A stretch of 62,917 bases of DNA, counting the filler, from Octopus bimaculoides (taxonomy: Eukaryota), in NCBI RefSeq assembly GCF_001194135.2. It is 5 parts of 5 records of this genome, joined end to end, with 100 filler letters (N's around TTAATTAATTAA, not from the genome) between each part and the next. Parts side by side here need not be neighbours in the genome. Positions count along the whole stretch, not along the records: positions 1 to 27,900 come from NC_068998.1; 4 more parts are not named here. The stretch is one strand, 5' to 3'. This document shows positions 1 to 14,040 of the stretch, piece after piece. The number at the start of each line of letters is the position of its first letter. The stretch's first letter is position 1. The translations under genes and the position numbers were made by a program. The notes under the pieces were generated by a model. That model had not been told where the DNA came from. It did no database searches and saw only the letters and a list, made by a program, of their open reading frames with translations.

Positions 1-44
1 TATATGAATGTGTGTAGATATACATACACATATATATATAATTG

Positions 45-178
<134 letters not shown>

Positions 179-179
179 A

Positions 180-374
180 TTTTTTCCAACTTTGCCACAA
201 GAGCAGCCATTTTGAGGAAGGCAATGAGTCGATTACATCAACCGCAGTGTTTCACTAGTACTTAATTTATCGACCCCGAGAAGATGGCGGAGTTTGAACT
301 TAGAACATAGTGACGGGCGAAATACCGCTGAGTATTTCGTCCAGCGTACTAACAATTCTGCCAGCTTGTCGCCT
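180..374 (-). mobile_element. tRNA-derived SINE, family A, internally deleted copy
   Basis: Reverse complement gives GGCGACAAGCTGGCAGAATTGTTAG...GTTCTAAGTTCAAACTCCGCC...GGGGTCGATAAATTAAGTAC, matching other family A copies in the window. Confidence 0.8.
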
Positions 375-1919
375 TAATGATGATAATTATTATAATTAAG
401 CTAAGACGAAAGAAATTAAGGACAAAAGAAAATTAAGGGTAAGAAGTATAAACATGAGAAGCAGAGGAAAACGGAGAAGTAATAGAAGAAGGGAAGGTGG
501 GGGAGGAAGAAGAAATTGAAGGAAAAGCGAAAGAAGGAATTAAAGACGAAGAAAGAATGAAGTGGATACGGAGAAGAATGAAGAAGGGTGTAAAAAAGAG
601 AGTATTAGAAAAAGAAGTTTGAGGAAAAGAGGAATTATAAAGATGAAGAAAGAACAAAAGAAAAGCGGGAAGAACGAAAGTGAAGATTAAAAATGGAGGT
701 GGAAGCGAGTAAGAAGTTAGTAGGTAAAGAAAAAGGATGAAAAATAAAGAGATAGAAAGAGTGGGGAGAAAAAGAGAGTGGCCAACTAAGAAACGTTGCG
801 AACTTTTACAACTCCTGTCTTCCGGCAAATCTTCAGCTGCATTCAATATCGTGTTCTTCATACAGAACTTTGGAAATACAATAATCTCATCACTTCCATT
901 CTATCATGCTTGCACTTCTAGAAAACTAATAGCATTCTGACAAACGTATATATTGGCTCAAACTCATTTCATCCACTTCCTCATCTTTTTCCCCCTCGGT
1001 TGTTTTTCTCTGTCTTGTCTTTACATTCTACCTCCATATTTTTTCTTTGGCTTCCTCTTATTCTTTTACCTCAGCAGACGTGCAGCTTGTGATTTGTGAA
1101 ATAGAAATCTCTCAAGATGCTAAATAATCCTAACTCTGAGGCTCATAAATTTAACGGGAAACATGTACTACTACTATATAAAACTGAATGGTTCACAAAG
1201 AGTTTAAGTGCTCTTACACACACAAACACAAGTTCGCACACACTCACACACACATACTCATACTCATACACATACATATATGTATGATATAAGTTAGAGG
1301 AAAAAATCTTATTTTGTATAATATTATATAATACCTTTGCTATGACGATTCTAATATATTCTTTAGTCTTGTAAAACAAATCCGTGTTTTTTCATCTTAT
1401 TTCTTTCCTTGTATATTCAATCATGTCTAATCACCAACCATACTTTCGTTCTCTCTCTCTGTATATATATACATCTNNNNNNNNNNNNNNNNNNNNNNNN
1501 NNNNNNNNNNNNNNNNNNNNNNNNNNNNNNNNNNNNNNNNNNNNNNNNNNNNNNNNNNNNNNNNNNNNNNNNNNNNNNNNNNNNNNNNNNNNNNNNNNNN
1601 NNNNNNNNNNNNNNNNNNNNNNNNNNNNNNNNNNNNNNNNNNNNNNNNNNNNNNNNNNNNNNNNNNNNNNNNNNNNNNNNNNNNNNNNNNNNNNNNNNNN
1701 NNNNNNNNNNNNNNNNNNNNNNNNNATATATATATATATATATATATACACGATGTTTTGCCAGTCAACAGGTCGTGGTTTCAAAGCGACGAAGACATTT
1801 TGACACAAATGAAATTTAAGTGTTGAAGTGAAAAAACAAAACAAAAAAAAACGTCTTTTTTGTGTGTTCTCGAATGGCTTACAAATATCTTCCACGCTGC
1901 AATCTTTCAGCATAATCAC

Positions 1920-2390
1920 GACGGTGGTGCTTGTATTCTGGAGGATGTGGTGGAAATGGTGGTAACAGCGGTCTGTTTGATATCGATCATGGTTGTTTAT
2001 ACCATAGTGTGGCTGGTTTTTATACGATGATGGTGGCATCGGAGGTGGGTGTGTTGATTTTTGAGAATGATGATAAGGGAAATAGAAAGGCGATGAGGGT
2101 GACTATGATAATGGAGAGGTAGAAGAAAGGTCAATGAAGACTATAATTAGGATATTCATAACAAATGGTATTAATGATCATAATGACTATGTTGATACTG
2201 ATGGTGTTGATGATGATGACGATGAAGATTATGATGTTGACGTTGATGCTGCTGTTGCTGCTGCTGCTGCTGATGATGATGATGATGTTAATGATGATGA
2301 TAATGTGGATGAGGAGGAGGGGAAGCATTAATAGTTGGTTGACGACGACGATGATGATGATGATGAGGAGGATAAGAATGATGATGATGT

Positions 2391-2422
<32 letters not shown>

Positions 2423-2775
2423 CTGATGACGATGATGGTGGTGGGACTGGTGGCGGTGTTGTTGTTGGTGGTGGTGATAAAATGAAGCGGTGGAAGTGCT
2501 TAACGCGGACGTCAATTGCAATGATGATGAATGATGACGGGGTTGTCGATGCCAATCACGTTGCTGATGATCATGATAATTAGGATAATTAGGATGACGA
2601 CGACGACGACGACGATGACACCATCGCTGACCGACTATGGTGACAACGTCTACGACGACTACGAAGGTGGTGGCAGTAATAATAAATATGATGATGATGA
2701 TGATGATAATGATGATGAGGTGGAGTCGTTGGAGTATAATAATGTCGAGAATGATGACGATTATGATGATACATA
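1920..2775. repeat. Compound low-complexity GAT/GAC/GCT/GGT trinucleotide region
   Basis: Mosaic of decayed (GAT)n, (GAC)n, (GCT)n and (GGT)n; Asp-rich frames are broken by stops (2329-2331, 2581-2583) and frame changes. Confidence 0.85.
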
Positions 2776-5479
2776 GTCTCACTAAGTTGAATGTTCAAGC
2801 CGTGCCCCCGCCCATTAACAAGTTAAATGTCCATGATAAGATCGATACCTCTGATACATAATATCACAGGTCGTTATAGTTTTACGCTCAAACTGTTCCC
2901 AACATATTTAATATTGTTTATCAATAATGTTGGCTTGTTATTCCTGTCATCACGGCTGACATGAGATGATGCAGTTCTATGATGAAAGAGCCCGCGACCG
3001 GTTGTATACACTATTGGCAATGTTTCAGACATAGTGTGTATGGTAAAGCAATATCGAATATATAATTCCTTCCTGAATAGTACGTTAGGATGTGATTTTC
3101 AAGGACATCTGGCTGCTATTTCTAGAATGTCGATAGAATGCCCAGATAAATTCTCCCTTTAGCGTGTGTGTGTCATGTGTTTATGTGTGGTGTGACACCC
3201 ACAAGCTTATAGACGTATTGCTGAACACTTCTTGGCTTTGAGTAAAAGGAAATGAGGGGGTGGAGATCAATTAATTATGATTTCATTCTGTATATTCCCC
3301 TCTCAAATTCACACGCTTATTTTATTGCAACGGTCCTTCAGATTTTCTCAGTCCTGTAAAAAAACTCTCTATGTTGGGCCACCAGCCAGGCCTTTTCCGA
3401 TACCCTGAAAGCCAGGACCCTTTCAGGACACTCTCCTATATATATATATATGGCCAGATTGGAGCAATCTCGAGTATAACCAGCCGAATTTGCAAAGATA
3501 ATCTGGAACTCGACTGAGGAAAGAAAACTCCGAGTGACCCGTCCCTGTTTTCTTTGTATCGTCTATCTGGGTATTTTGTTGCCCCTTTTTTGTATCACCT
3601 GTCTGGATGTTTTGCGTTATTGTCCCATGTTGTATTGTGTGTGTATATATATNNNNNNNNNNNNNNNNNNNNNNNNNNNNNNNNNNNNNNNNNNNNNNNN
3701 NNNNNNNNNNNNNNNNNNNNNNNNNNNNNNNNNNNNNNNNNNNNNNNNNNNNNNNNNNNNNNNNNNNNNNNNNNNNNNNNNNNNNNNNNNNNNNNNNNNN
3801 NNNNNNNNNNNNNNNNNNNNNNNNNNNNNNNNNNNNNNNNNNNNNNNNNNNNNNNNNNNNNNNNNNNNNNNNNNNNNNNNNNNNNNNNNNNNNNNNNNNN
3901 NNNNNNNNNNNNNNNNNNNNNNNNNNNNNNNNNNNNNNNNNNNNNNNNNNNNNNNNNNNNNNNNNNNNNNNNNNNNNNNNNNNNNNNNNNNNNNNNNNNN
4001 NNNNNNNNNNNNNNNNNNNNNNNNNNNNNNNNNNNNNNNNNNNNNNNNNNNNNNNNNNNNNNNNNNNNNNNNNNNNNNNNNNNNNNNNNNNNNNNNNNNN
4101 NNNNNNNNNNNNNNNNNNNNNNNNNNNNNNNNNNNNNNNNNNNNNNNNNNNNNNNNNNNNNNNNNNNNNNNNNNNNNNNNNNNNNNNNNNNNNNNNNNNN
4201 NNNNNNNNNNNNNNNNNNNNNNNNNNNNNNNNNNNNNNNNNNNNNNNNNNNNNNNNNNNNNNNNNNNNNNNNNNNNTATATATATATATATGTATATATA
4301 TATATTTATATGTGTGTGTGTGTGTGAGTGTGTGTGTGCGGGTGTGTGTGTTTGTGTGTGTGTGTATGTATGTATTATGCATATATGTGTACGTTCCGTC
4401 TTATTCACTTGTAGAACCGATAATAAGATTTAGTTTATATTATCTGTAAGCAGACCTCGAAACTCGAAGGTGCAGATGGCAGTAATGACCACGCTATTCT
4501 GATTGTCAGTGTCCTTGAATGTTATATATTACATACTGAATATAAAGACAATAGAAATAGCAAGGGCGAGAGATTGAAATCATATTATACCAATAGACGT
4601 TGGAGAAGTTATGTAAAGATTGTCATCTTTCCTTACCCACGCTTATAAAATGGATAACTTTTTCACGGGGCGAAAAGTTTTACAGTTTTATTGAAAAGAG
4701 GCTCTGGGATGTTGTGTTCGTTAGCTGTTTCCGATCTTTGTGGCATATAGCTCAAAGCAAAAGTGGAACATGTTTTTGAACGGATATTGAAAAATCTGTC
4801 GAAGCTCAGTAAATGTGAAAACACCAGTCACCCAGCTTTGTAAACAGAAAAAAAAATGTCTGTTTTACATTTTTGTTTCATTTTAGTTTTCCTATGACAT
4901 TAAAATCGATAAAAGAAACACACAAAAATGTTATTTCTGACGTGGTTGATATTTTGAATTTTAAATTAAAATCTATAAATAAATGTTAACTATAAATTCT
5001 AAAGAATGACATAACAGCAATTACAACTATAAATTTCTCTCTTTACGAGACGACATTTTCATGAAACTTTTGACAATGTGAATGATGGTTCGCTTTATTC
5101 AACATAACGACCAAATGCAATCCAAGGGTTATACATATATAACTGAACACGTGATTGAACTGGAGATTTCTCTCTAATTTTCTGGAGCAATAGGGTCAGG
5201 TGGATATAACGATTTTATTTTGTTTCTTGCTTCCAGGAACAGTTTGACGGATTGATGAACAGTCAACGGTGCTGGAGAGCATAAACATTAAAGGTGTATT
5301 TGAGGGATACGTAGCTGATATGGGGAGCAGGAAACCATCTTAATATTGGAAAAGTGCTATCTGTTCCATGATGATTCGCGTCGGCTATCAAAATTCCGAC
5401 ATCTCGACTCTGCTGAAAGATCTGTGAACACTGTAAAGGCTGTAACACGTGATAAAGACAGCTGCAACGGGGACTACCT

Positions 5480-5830
5480 AACTGTGGCGATCAGGAAGGG
5501 ATACAGCAGGCGTTCCGACTGCGTCTGGATGCTGGATGCTGGAATTCATCACCACAACTTTGAACAGGATCTTAAAGCTCGATTTACACGGCTATGTAAA
5601 GCTGTCGGAGACTGTGGTCAAAACCTGGCCAGAGAGTGTTGCTACTGGAAGGTCATATTTGGGGCAACAAGATTCAGCTCCTTGACATACCTCCAGAAGG
5701 AGTCAACGACTTCAACAGCCTCATCATCTGGCCTCATAATCCCCCAGATTGTAATTCTATCAATTACCATGTATGGGTTGCGGATGAGAAAGAAACTAGC
5801 TATGACCTAGTTGATAGTTTTTGATTTTAG
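5480..5830 (+). mobile_element. Decayed Tc1/mariner (DD37D/maT-like) transposase, catalytic C-terminal part
   Basis: Frameshifted translation YVKLSETVVKTWPESVATGRSYLGQQDSAP*HTSRRSQ ... IWPHNPPDCNSINYHVWVADEKET matches the QQDSAPxH ... WPPNSPDxNPLDYxVW motifs. Confidence 0.85.
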
Positions 5831-5899
5831 AAAATACATCTGTTTTTGGTAGGGATGTGTTTTCTTTTGCTTTTACGCTAACTGTCAAATTTAGCCAGA

Positions 5900-6295
5900 A
5901 CAGCCTCCGCATATGGAATATCCTGGAAAGTCTAACTCTCAGCTTTGAAACTGAAAGACCACCGTCTTCTCCATTTAGAGACCCCCCCCAAAAAATTCTT
6001 CAACACCTTGGATTTCAAAGACATGCATGTATTCAACATTCTGCGAAATAACGTTAGAGATTCGCCAGGCGAAGGTGAAGAGCACTTCAAGGAGCGTTTG
6101 AATAAATTTTCATCTAGAAATCAGATGAAGCTACATCGCGGCTGGAAGCACAAGCAATTGGTTACTTCATCAGAAACACCACAGAAACTTCGTACTTCAC
6201 CAGAAACATTACCGGAAAGAGACCCAAGTGGGCTAAAGGGCGGTGAACCAGCACGTCTCAGCCACTGGCTAAAAAACAGTAAAAGGAGATAGATA
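5900..6295 (+). mobile_element. 3' end of a LINE (RT C-terminus plus tail), decayed
   Basis: FNTLDFKDMHVFNILRNNVRDSPGEGEEHFKERLNKF, then DEATSRLEAQAIGY after a frameshift, resembles CR1/L2-group RT C-termini (GPQLFNxLP...FKxxLDxFLxxxPDEP); followed by a GGGCGGTGAACCAGCACG...AGTAAAAG tail. Confidence 0.6.
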
Positions 6296-6320
6296 TATAA
6301 AGAATATCTATCTGTCTATC

Positions 6321-6377
<57 letters not shown>

Positions 6378-6458
6378 GTCTAACTGTCTGTCTAACTGTC
6401 TGTCTTAATTATAAGGTAGGTAGGTACGTGTTTATAAATATATACGCATTTATGTGTA

Positions 6459-6495
<37 letters not shown>

Positions 6496-6556
6496 CCGCG
6501 CGTATATATATTTATACATATGTATATCAATATATATCAATATATATATATATATA

Positions 6557-6869
6557 TATAATCATAAATATATAGGGATTGACAGTAACCTGCTTCTCCA
6601 ACATACTGAGAATTCAGAAATAGCAGTCAAAGAACTACTGATTTCAAAACTACAAATTATTACTCCAGATTGATAAGTGTTTTTTACTCTTCTCTATTGT
6701 TTTTTACTCTTCTCTACTGTTTTTTGTTCTGTGTGTATCAAAAATATCGCTATCAATCTGGAGTAATAATTTGTAGTTTTGAAATCAGTAGTTCTTTGAC
6801 TGCTATTTCTGAATTCTCAGTATGTTGGAGAAGCAGGTTACTGTCAATCCCTATATATTTATGATTATA
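6557..6869. repeat. Perfect 119-bp inverted repeat with 75-bp spacer (MITE/foldback-like)
   Basis: 6557-6675 is the exact reverse complement of 6751-6869; adjoins a (TA)n tract on the left. Confidence 0.95.
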
Positions 6870-8953
6870 AATGTTTTACCGAAGAAGGTTTTTTCATACT
6901 GAGCTACCCGGCAAAATTGTTGATTATTAATTTTATTACTANNNNNNNNNNNNNNNNNNNNNNNNNNNNNNNNNNNNNNNNNNNNNNNNNNNNNNATATA
7001 TATATATATATACATACAAATATACATACATACACACACTCATATTTGAACGTGTATGCGTATGTGTGTGTGTGTGTGTCTTAGTGCATCTGCATCTGTG
7101 TCTGCTCTTCTCTGTGCACGGCAATCGTATTCCTCGTAATTAACTTTAGAGAAATATTTTCCCCCTAACATGATTGAAATTCTTTAAAACAAAATTATGA
7201 AAAAATACATTGGAGTCTGTCTAGCAGGTATTATTTTTAATGTTGTATAATTCAATTGAATTTAATTATCCAATATACTTTTAAAATTACCTCATAATAA
7301 ATTCAACTTCTTCATTGAGATATTTAATCACATATTTCCTTCAATCCATCTGTATAGAACAGTGTTAAACATGCATTTAAAGCATTAGATTCTCACTTTC
7401 AACGATGCATTTACAGGAAGCAAGAATCCTAGACGTAATATTACCTTTAACCTAATATTACATTTGTTGCATGTCACATGTTTTTATTCAACCGGGCTGC
7501 TATTCGCTATATAGTAAATATTCTTCACTGTTTTCTTCTGTAATGCATGAGAAAACCTAACCTAGACGGTGATTGGCTGCGAGTATTGGTTAGATACATT
7601 GACCACGAAAAGAAGCTCCCGCTCTAGTAAGGGGTTGCTGGTTCGCGATTCATCTCTTCACTCTTGATATATATTGTTTGTTTATACAGAGCACGGCCAC
7701 CAGAGACTTTGTCTCGACGAATACAGCAATGCACTTGCCTGTCATCCACGTATTTGATACTAAGACGGCTATTTAAATTTATACTGCTTTTCTTCACTGA
7801 TATTATATTGGTTATTATGTCAAATTATATATATANNNNNNNNNNNNNNNNNNNNNNNNNNNNNNNNNNNNNNNNNNNNNNNNNNNNNNNNNNNNNNNNN
7901 NNNNNNNNNNNNNNNNNNNNNNNNNNNNNNNNNNNNNNNNNNNNNNNNNNNNNNNNNNNNNNNNNNNNNNATATATATATATATAAACATAATTTAGCAT
8001 AGCAGCGAAGAGTAGTTAACTACATTTTAGTAGAATACGTACTTTTTTCATTTTTACAGGGAAAAGATTGAATTGACTTCAACGTTATGGCTTGCTCTCA
8101 TTTAAAAACTTTTACTTGGGTTCCATTTGGTTTCATGTAAATTTGGCAAGTTGTTTTTTTGGTAGTTGGGGCTATGGCAATGATAATTAGATACGGTGTT
8201 GCGGCATAGAGAAGGTAGTTGTGTAGGAGGAAATGGCTGACAGGCGATAGAAGGAAAATATTTACACGTAAGGTTTCAGCAGAAGATTTTCATACTTTGA
8301 CGTCTTAATTATGTTATTGTTTAGAGTAAAGGTATAAATAGATATGTCAAATTCAGAACATGACATTATTTGTATAGAAAGTGTTTTCTTGTTGTTGTAT
8401 TATGGATTTCCTTGTTGTTGTATTATGGGTTTACAGTAGAATGCTTGTAGATGAATTCATGGATCAAATCGCATAGATCAGATTTTTTGTTGAAATAATG
8501 ATTGACTTATTAGATATTTATGGAGAATATTTACAGTGATTATTTGGCAAGCTTAAGAATCTGTTTTGTTTCATAAATAAAGGAAAGCCACTGCATTATG
8601 TAAAGTATTTATATATACACTATATTTTTTGAGATGGGAATATCACAGAAGTTGCCAAATGATTGCGGGTTTCACTAAAAATCAGCGACACTGAAGGCTG
8701 TTAGAGTTTGACACGAAAATATATGTGCTTCAGTAATACCAGTAGTAATCTGCACATATTCGCACACACACACACACACACACCCACACACCCACACACA
8801 CACACATATATGTATATATATTTGTGCGTGTGTATGTGTGTATAAGTGTGTGCGTATACATATACATGCATATATATATACGTACAGACACTCATACACG
8901 CACACACATACTCACAAATGTACATATATATTAATTTATGTTTATATATATAC

Positions 8954-8993
<40 letters not shown>

Positions 8994-9951
8994 NNNNNNN
9001 NNNNNNNNNNNNNNNNNNNNNNNNNNNNNNNNNNNNNNNNNNNNNNNNNNNNNNNNNNNNNNNNNNNNNNNNNNNNNNNNNNNNNNNNNNNNNNNNNNNN
9101 NNNNNNNNNNNNNNNNNNNNNNNNNNNNNNNNNNNNNNNNNNNNNNNNNNNNNNNNNNNNNNNNNNNNNNNNNNNNNNNNNNNNNNNNNNNNNNNNNNNN
9201 NNNNNNNNNNNNNNNNNNNNNNNNNNNNNNNNNNNNNNNNNNNNNNNNNNNNNNNNNNNNNNNNNNNNNNNNNNNNNNNNNNNNNNNNNNNNNNNNNNNN
9301 NNNNNNNNNNNNNNNNNNNNNNNNNNNNNNNNNNNNNNNNNNNNNNNNNNNNNNNNNNNNNNNNNNNNNNNNNNNNNNNNNNNNNNNNNNNNNNNNNNNN
9401 NNNNNNNNNNNNNNNNNNNNNNNNNNNNNNNNNNNNNNNNNNNNNNNNNNNNNNNNNNNNNNNNNNNNNNNNNNNNNNNNNNNNNNNNNNNNNNNNNNNN
9501 NNNNNNNNNNNNNNNNNNNNNNNNNNNNNNNNNNNNNNNNNNNNNNNNNNNNNNNNNNNNNNNNNNNNNNNNNNNNNNNNNNNNNNNNNNNNNNNNNNNN
9601 NNNNNNNNNNNNNNNNNNNNNNNNNNNNNNNNNNNNNNNNNNNNNNNNNNNNNNNNNNNNNNNNNNNNNNNNNNNNNNNNNNNNNNNNNNNNNNNNNNNN
9701 NNNNNNNNNNNNNNNNNNNNNNNNNNNNNNNNNNNNNNNNNNNNNNNNNNNNNNNNNNNNNNNNNNNNNNNNNNNNNNNNNNNNNNNNNNNNNNNNNNNN
9801 NNNNNNNNNNNNNNNNNNNNNNNNNNNNNNNNNNNNNNNNNNNNNNNNNNNNNNNNNNNNNNNNNNNNNNNNNNNNNNNNNNNNNNNNNNNNNNNNNNNN
9901 NNNNNNNNNNNNNNNNNNNNNNNNNNNNNNNNNNNNNNNNNNNNNNNNNNN

Positions 9952-9990
<39 letters not shown>

Positions 9991-10323
9991 TTGGTAAAAT
10001 ACTTCACTTGAAATATGGAATCGTAGATTCAACAAAGTTCCAGTCAGGAATATATTCAAGATTGCTTGTGTGTATTTTTGTGCGTGTATGCATGTGTGTG
10101 TGAGTGTGTGTTGGAAATTATATACATCAAAGCATACCGCCCTGCTGAAAAACCCACTTATATAGACAAAGAGATGCATATCATTTGCATATACCTATAC
10201 AACTGTGTGTACAGTAGCGTTTCTATCTATATGTAAGTAATTGTATGCATTTACATATATATATATATGTATGTATGTATATGCCTGTACGTATTAATGT
10301 ATGTATGTATGTATGTATGTATG

Positions 10324-10354
<31 letters not shown>

Positions 10355-10668
10355 TTATCTATCTATTTATCTATCTATATATNNNNNNNNNNNNNNNNNN
10401 NNNNNNNNNNNNNNNNNNNNNNNNNNNNNNNNNNNNNNNNNNNNNNNNNNNNNNNNNNNNNNNNNNNNNNNNNNNNNNNNNNNNNNNNNNNNNNNNNNNN
10501 NNNNNNNNNNNNNNNNNNNNNNNNNNNNNNNNNNNNNNNNNNNNNNNNNNNNNNNNNNNNNNNNNNNNNNNNNNNNNNNNNNNNNNNNNNNNNNNNNNNN
10601 NNNNNNNNNNNNNNNATGTATGTATATGCCTGTACGTATTAATGTATGTATGTATGTATGTATGTATG

Positions 10669-10699
<31 letters not shown>

Positions 10700-11944
10700 T
10701 TATCTATCTATTTATCTATCTATATATAGACATACATATACATATATATGTTTTTGTGTATGTATATATATATGTATATTTCACATGTATACATGAATTT
10801 GTTTTTGTTCATATATGTAAGTATGTTTATGTGTGTGTATTTCCATTGTATCAAACTATTTATTATCCTTTTTTTTATCTTTATATACATACATCGACAC
10901 ATAAATACATAAATGTATTTATACACACACACACCCATTTATAGATGTATAAAAGTAGTCATTCGTTTCTCCCATGCTGTGTCCAACATCACTCCGTACA
11001 CGCACGCCAAGTTTTCTCATGACTAGTAACTACGTTGCCGCACGAAATGTACTAATACATCGTTTCAGGTAAATTTATATACTACATTTTCATATGACAC
11101 TACGGCTTCCCGCTACTAGTGTGTGACTATTTCATTTTTTCGCTCCACTTCGCTTTTCGTGTGGTTCAGTATCTCTCAGACGCGAGCATACGTCATGTGC
11201 ATCTAGCTCAATTTTCGTCAAACTTCGTATATGAAATAAAAAGTATGGTTATCCGCAAGTGCAAACCACGTGATTCAGAATGCTATTCCCTCGCATCTTC
11301 CCAGCCATCCTCCGAGGCAACGCCTTTTCTATTTTGTCTACTAGGACCATGAAGCAGTTTGAATTATGGGAAATTCTATATTCCATCTTAAATGTAAAGT
11401 TACTCCATACAAATTTAAGTTACTCTATATAAATACTTACTGGAATGGGTCATGACAATAGTAAAATTCTACAAACTTTTAACAATTCATACACAGAAGC
11501 CGGTTAATACAGGATTTCGGGGTTTAGATATAATAACACATTCATTCTTTTCAGTCAGTCCCGTTTTTGGATAAGAAATATGTAAAGAAACTTAACGAAA
11601 TTGATAAAAGAACACGATAAAAATTTCAGTCATATTATATCATCAGAATATTTAATGTTAAACATATGTTTGGTCTATACTAGTTATTGCACAGAAATGA
11701 ATGATTTTTAGCATTAAATCACAACGCCCTTACACATTAAGATTCCTAAATATCAAGGGAGATCAAGGTAGATTATAGTCCGTCAGTATATATGTATACA
11801 GTTATGTGCTTTGAATACAGCATTAAACTATTTAAACTCTTATTGTAGGTATTTCTAACACCCTAGTCATATATATATATATATATATATGTTTACATTT
11901 ATATATATGGATGGATATATATATATTCTTTTATTTCTTTTATT

Positions 11945-12216
11945 CTTTTATTTGTATCAATCATTTGACTGCGGCCATCCTGGAGCACCACCTTTAGTCG
12001 AAATAATTAACCCTAGGACTTATTGTTTGTAAGAAACACACACACAAAGACACACACACACACACACATACGATGGACTTCTTTCAATTTCCGTCTACCG
12101 AATCCACTCGCAAGGCTTTGGTCGGCCCGAGGCAATAGTAGGTGTCACGCGGTGGAACTTAACCTGGAACCATGTGGTTGGTAAAGAAGTTACTTACCAC
12201 ACAGCCGCTCCTGCAC
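11945..12216 (-). mobile_element. SINE family B (tRNA head, internal CA/TG tract)
   Basis: Matches 47735-48153 and 54710-55110 (CATTTGACTGCGGCCAT...GGCTTTGGTCGGCCCGAGG...GAACCATGTGG). Confidence 0.85.
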
Positions 12217-12851
12217 CTACACATACATATATATAAACAGAGGTACACTATAAAGTATTGAACAACCTACAAGCAAATAGACTTGAAGTACACACGCACG
12301 GGTAAAGCATACACATGCTTACAGACACAAAAAAGGTTAGGTACACAGACACCGACACACACACACACACATACACACAAACACACACATGTATATATAT
12401 ATATATATACATATATATACATGCTTCCATATGTCCCAGTGGGTTGGATATGTGTTGGCTTATCCGTACGCCATTACCTAAGGCTACATATTGTTTCTTC
12501 AGTTTTATCGATCGAAGATATATTATTCTATTTTATCAATCATATACACGTATAGATTTTACTTAATAAGTACTTTTAAATGTTAGATATAATGGTAATT
12601 AAATAGTGCTATTGGAGAACAACAGGGTAGGATATATATATACATATATATATATATACATATATATACATATACATATATATACATATATATACATATA
12701 TATATAAATTTATATATGTATAAGTATGTATTCATATACACGTACACACACATATACATACACGCGGGAACACTTACACACACGAACATACACATACGTA
12801 CACACACAGACACACACACAGACACACACACACACATATATATATATATAG

Positions 12852-13128
12852 CCAACAAAATGTGGCTGTCCTGAAAGGGACGATGTTACTGTTGCTTTGG
12901 CCCCCAAAATCATCGTTTCTAGCTGGCTACACTACACACTACCTGAGTGCTTATATTTTCGAACAGGGTACTCAGATGAGTGTGCTGAGCCACCTGTACT
13001 AAAAGTTAAGGATACAAATAGTGTGACGTATAGTCAACTAGGAACGATTATTCTTGGGTCTAAAACAACAGTAACGTCGTCCTTTTCGGGCCCTTTCGGG
13101 CCCTTTCGGGACAGCCACATTATGTTGG
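12852..13128. mobile_element. MITE with about 80-bp imperfect terminal inverted repeats
   Basis: CCAACAAAATGTGGCTGTCCTGAAAGGGACGATGTTACTGTTG... on the left mirrors ...CAACAGTAACGTCGTCC...GGGACAGCCACATTATGTTGG on the right; (TA)n at the left flank. Confidence 0.8.
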
Positions 13129-13199
13129 AAAATAGCCTTTACTTTAAATAACTGTTACCGAATGTCTCGCTTTGAGAGATGTAGAAATAATAATATTTC

Positions 13200-13235
<36 letters not shown>

Positions 13236-13426
13236 GCACACACACACATCTCTCTCTCTCTCTATCTATCTATGCATGTATGTATATGTCTATATATATA
13301 TATATATATTATATATATAATATTTCTATTATATTTGTACACGTATTTATCTATCTATGCATGTATGTATGTGTATATAAATATATCTATATATTAATAT
13401 ATGTACGTATCATATGTATATATGAA

Positions 13427-13501
<75 letters not shown>

Positions 13502-13887
13502 GTCTGAGTATATTGCTTTAAACATGTATGCTTTCTTAGCCGCTAGCGCATGCTAAACACACGATTAGATAAGGTGTTCTATTTTGTAGACTCTCACAGC
13601 CTACATAGTGAAAGGTGAACTGAAGTACATTGAGATTGAGGCAAAAATACCGTCATTTGCGTTTATGTGCGCGAAATCGTGAGTGGTGTGTCTATCTTCG
13701 AATGTGTATACGTGACAGAGCCTGATTACGTGTGTGTCTTTGGGTGTACGTTGTAATGTGTATGCATGTGTGCATATACACAAACACACACAAACACTCA
13801 TATGTATGTAGATGTATATATCGATAGACAACACTTACCATACCATTGATTTAAATCCATTATATTAGCGGATATATCAAAGTTATA

Positions 13888-13888
<1 letters not shown>

Positions 13889-13961
<73 letters not shown>
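13889..13961. repeat. (TA)n microsatellite
   Basis: Pure TA run; many similar tracts occur throughout, often bordering N gaps. Confidence 0.97.
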
Positions 13962-13964
<3 letters not shown>

Positions 13965-14040
13965 GATAAATTAAATATAGAGATATTCTACTGACAATCC
14001 AATAAGTTATCTATATTACAATATTACATTAAATACTATG

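Noticed and set aside
430-1070. Purine-rich tract followed by a pyrimidine-rich tract (H-DNA potential)
   Set aside because: Low-complexity without clear mirror symmetry; common in this type of genome
2134-2776. Asp-rich ORFs resembling acidic biomineralisation proteins
   Set aside because: Broken by stops and frame changes, no signal peptide, and fully explained by decayed (GAT)n repeats
7570-7592. Two ATTGG (inverted CCAAT) boxes
   Set aside because: No supported downstream exon or TATA; such pentamers are common
3423-10179. Long ORFs of 250-490 aa in the track (also near 14.5, 23, 26, 29, 33, 35 and 44 kb)
   Set aside because: They are open only because they cross N gaps and (TA)/(CA)/(TATC) repeats
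10266-10730. Identical sequence on both sides of a gap (also 44258-44424 vs 44891-45060)
   Set aside because: Most likely overlapping contig ends left unmerged around microsatellites
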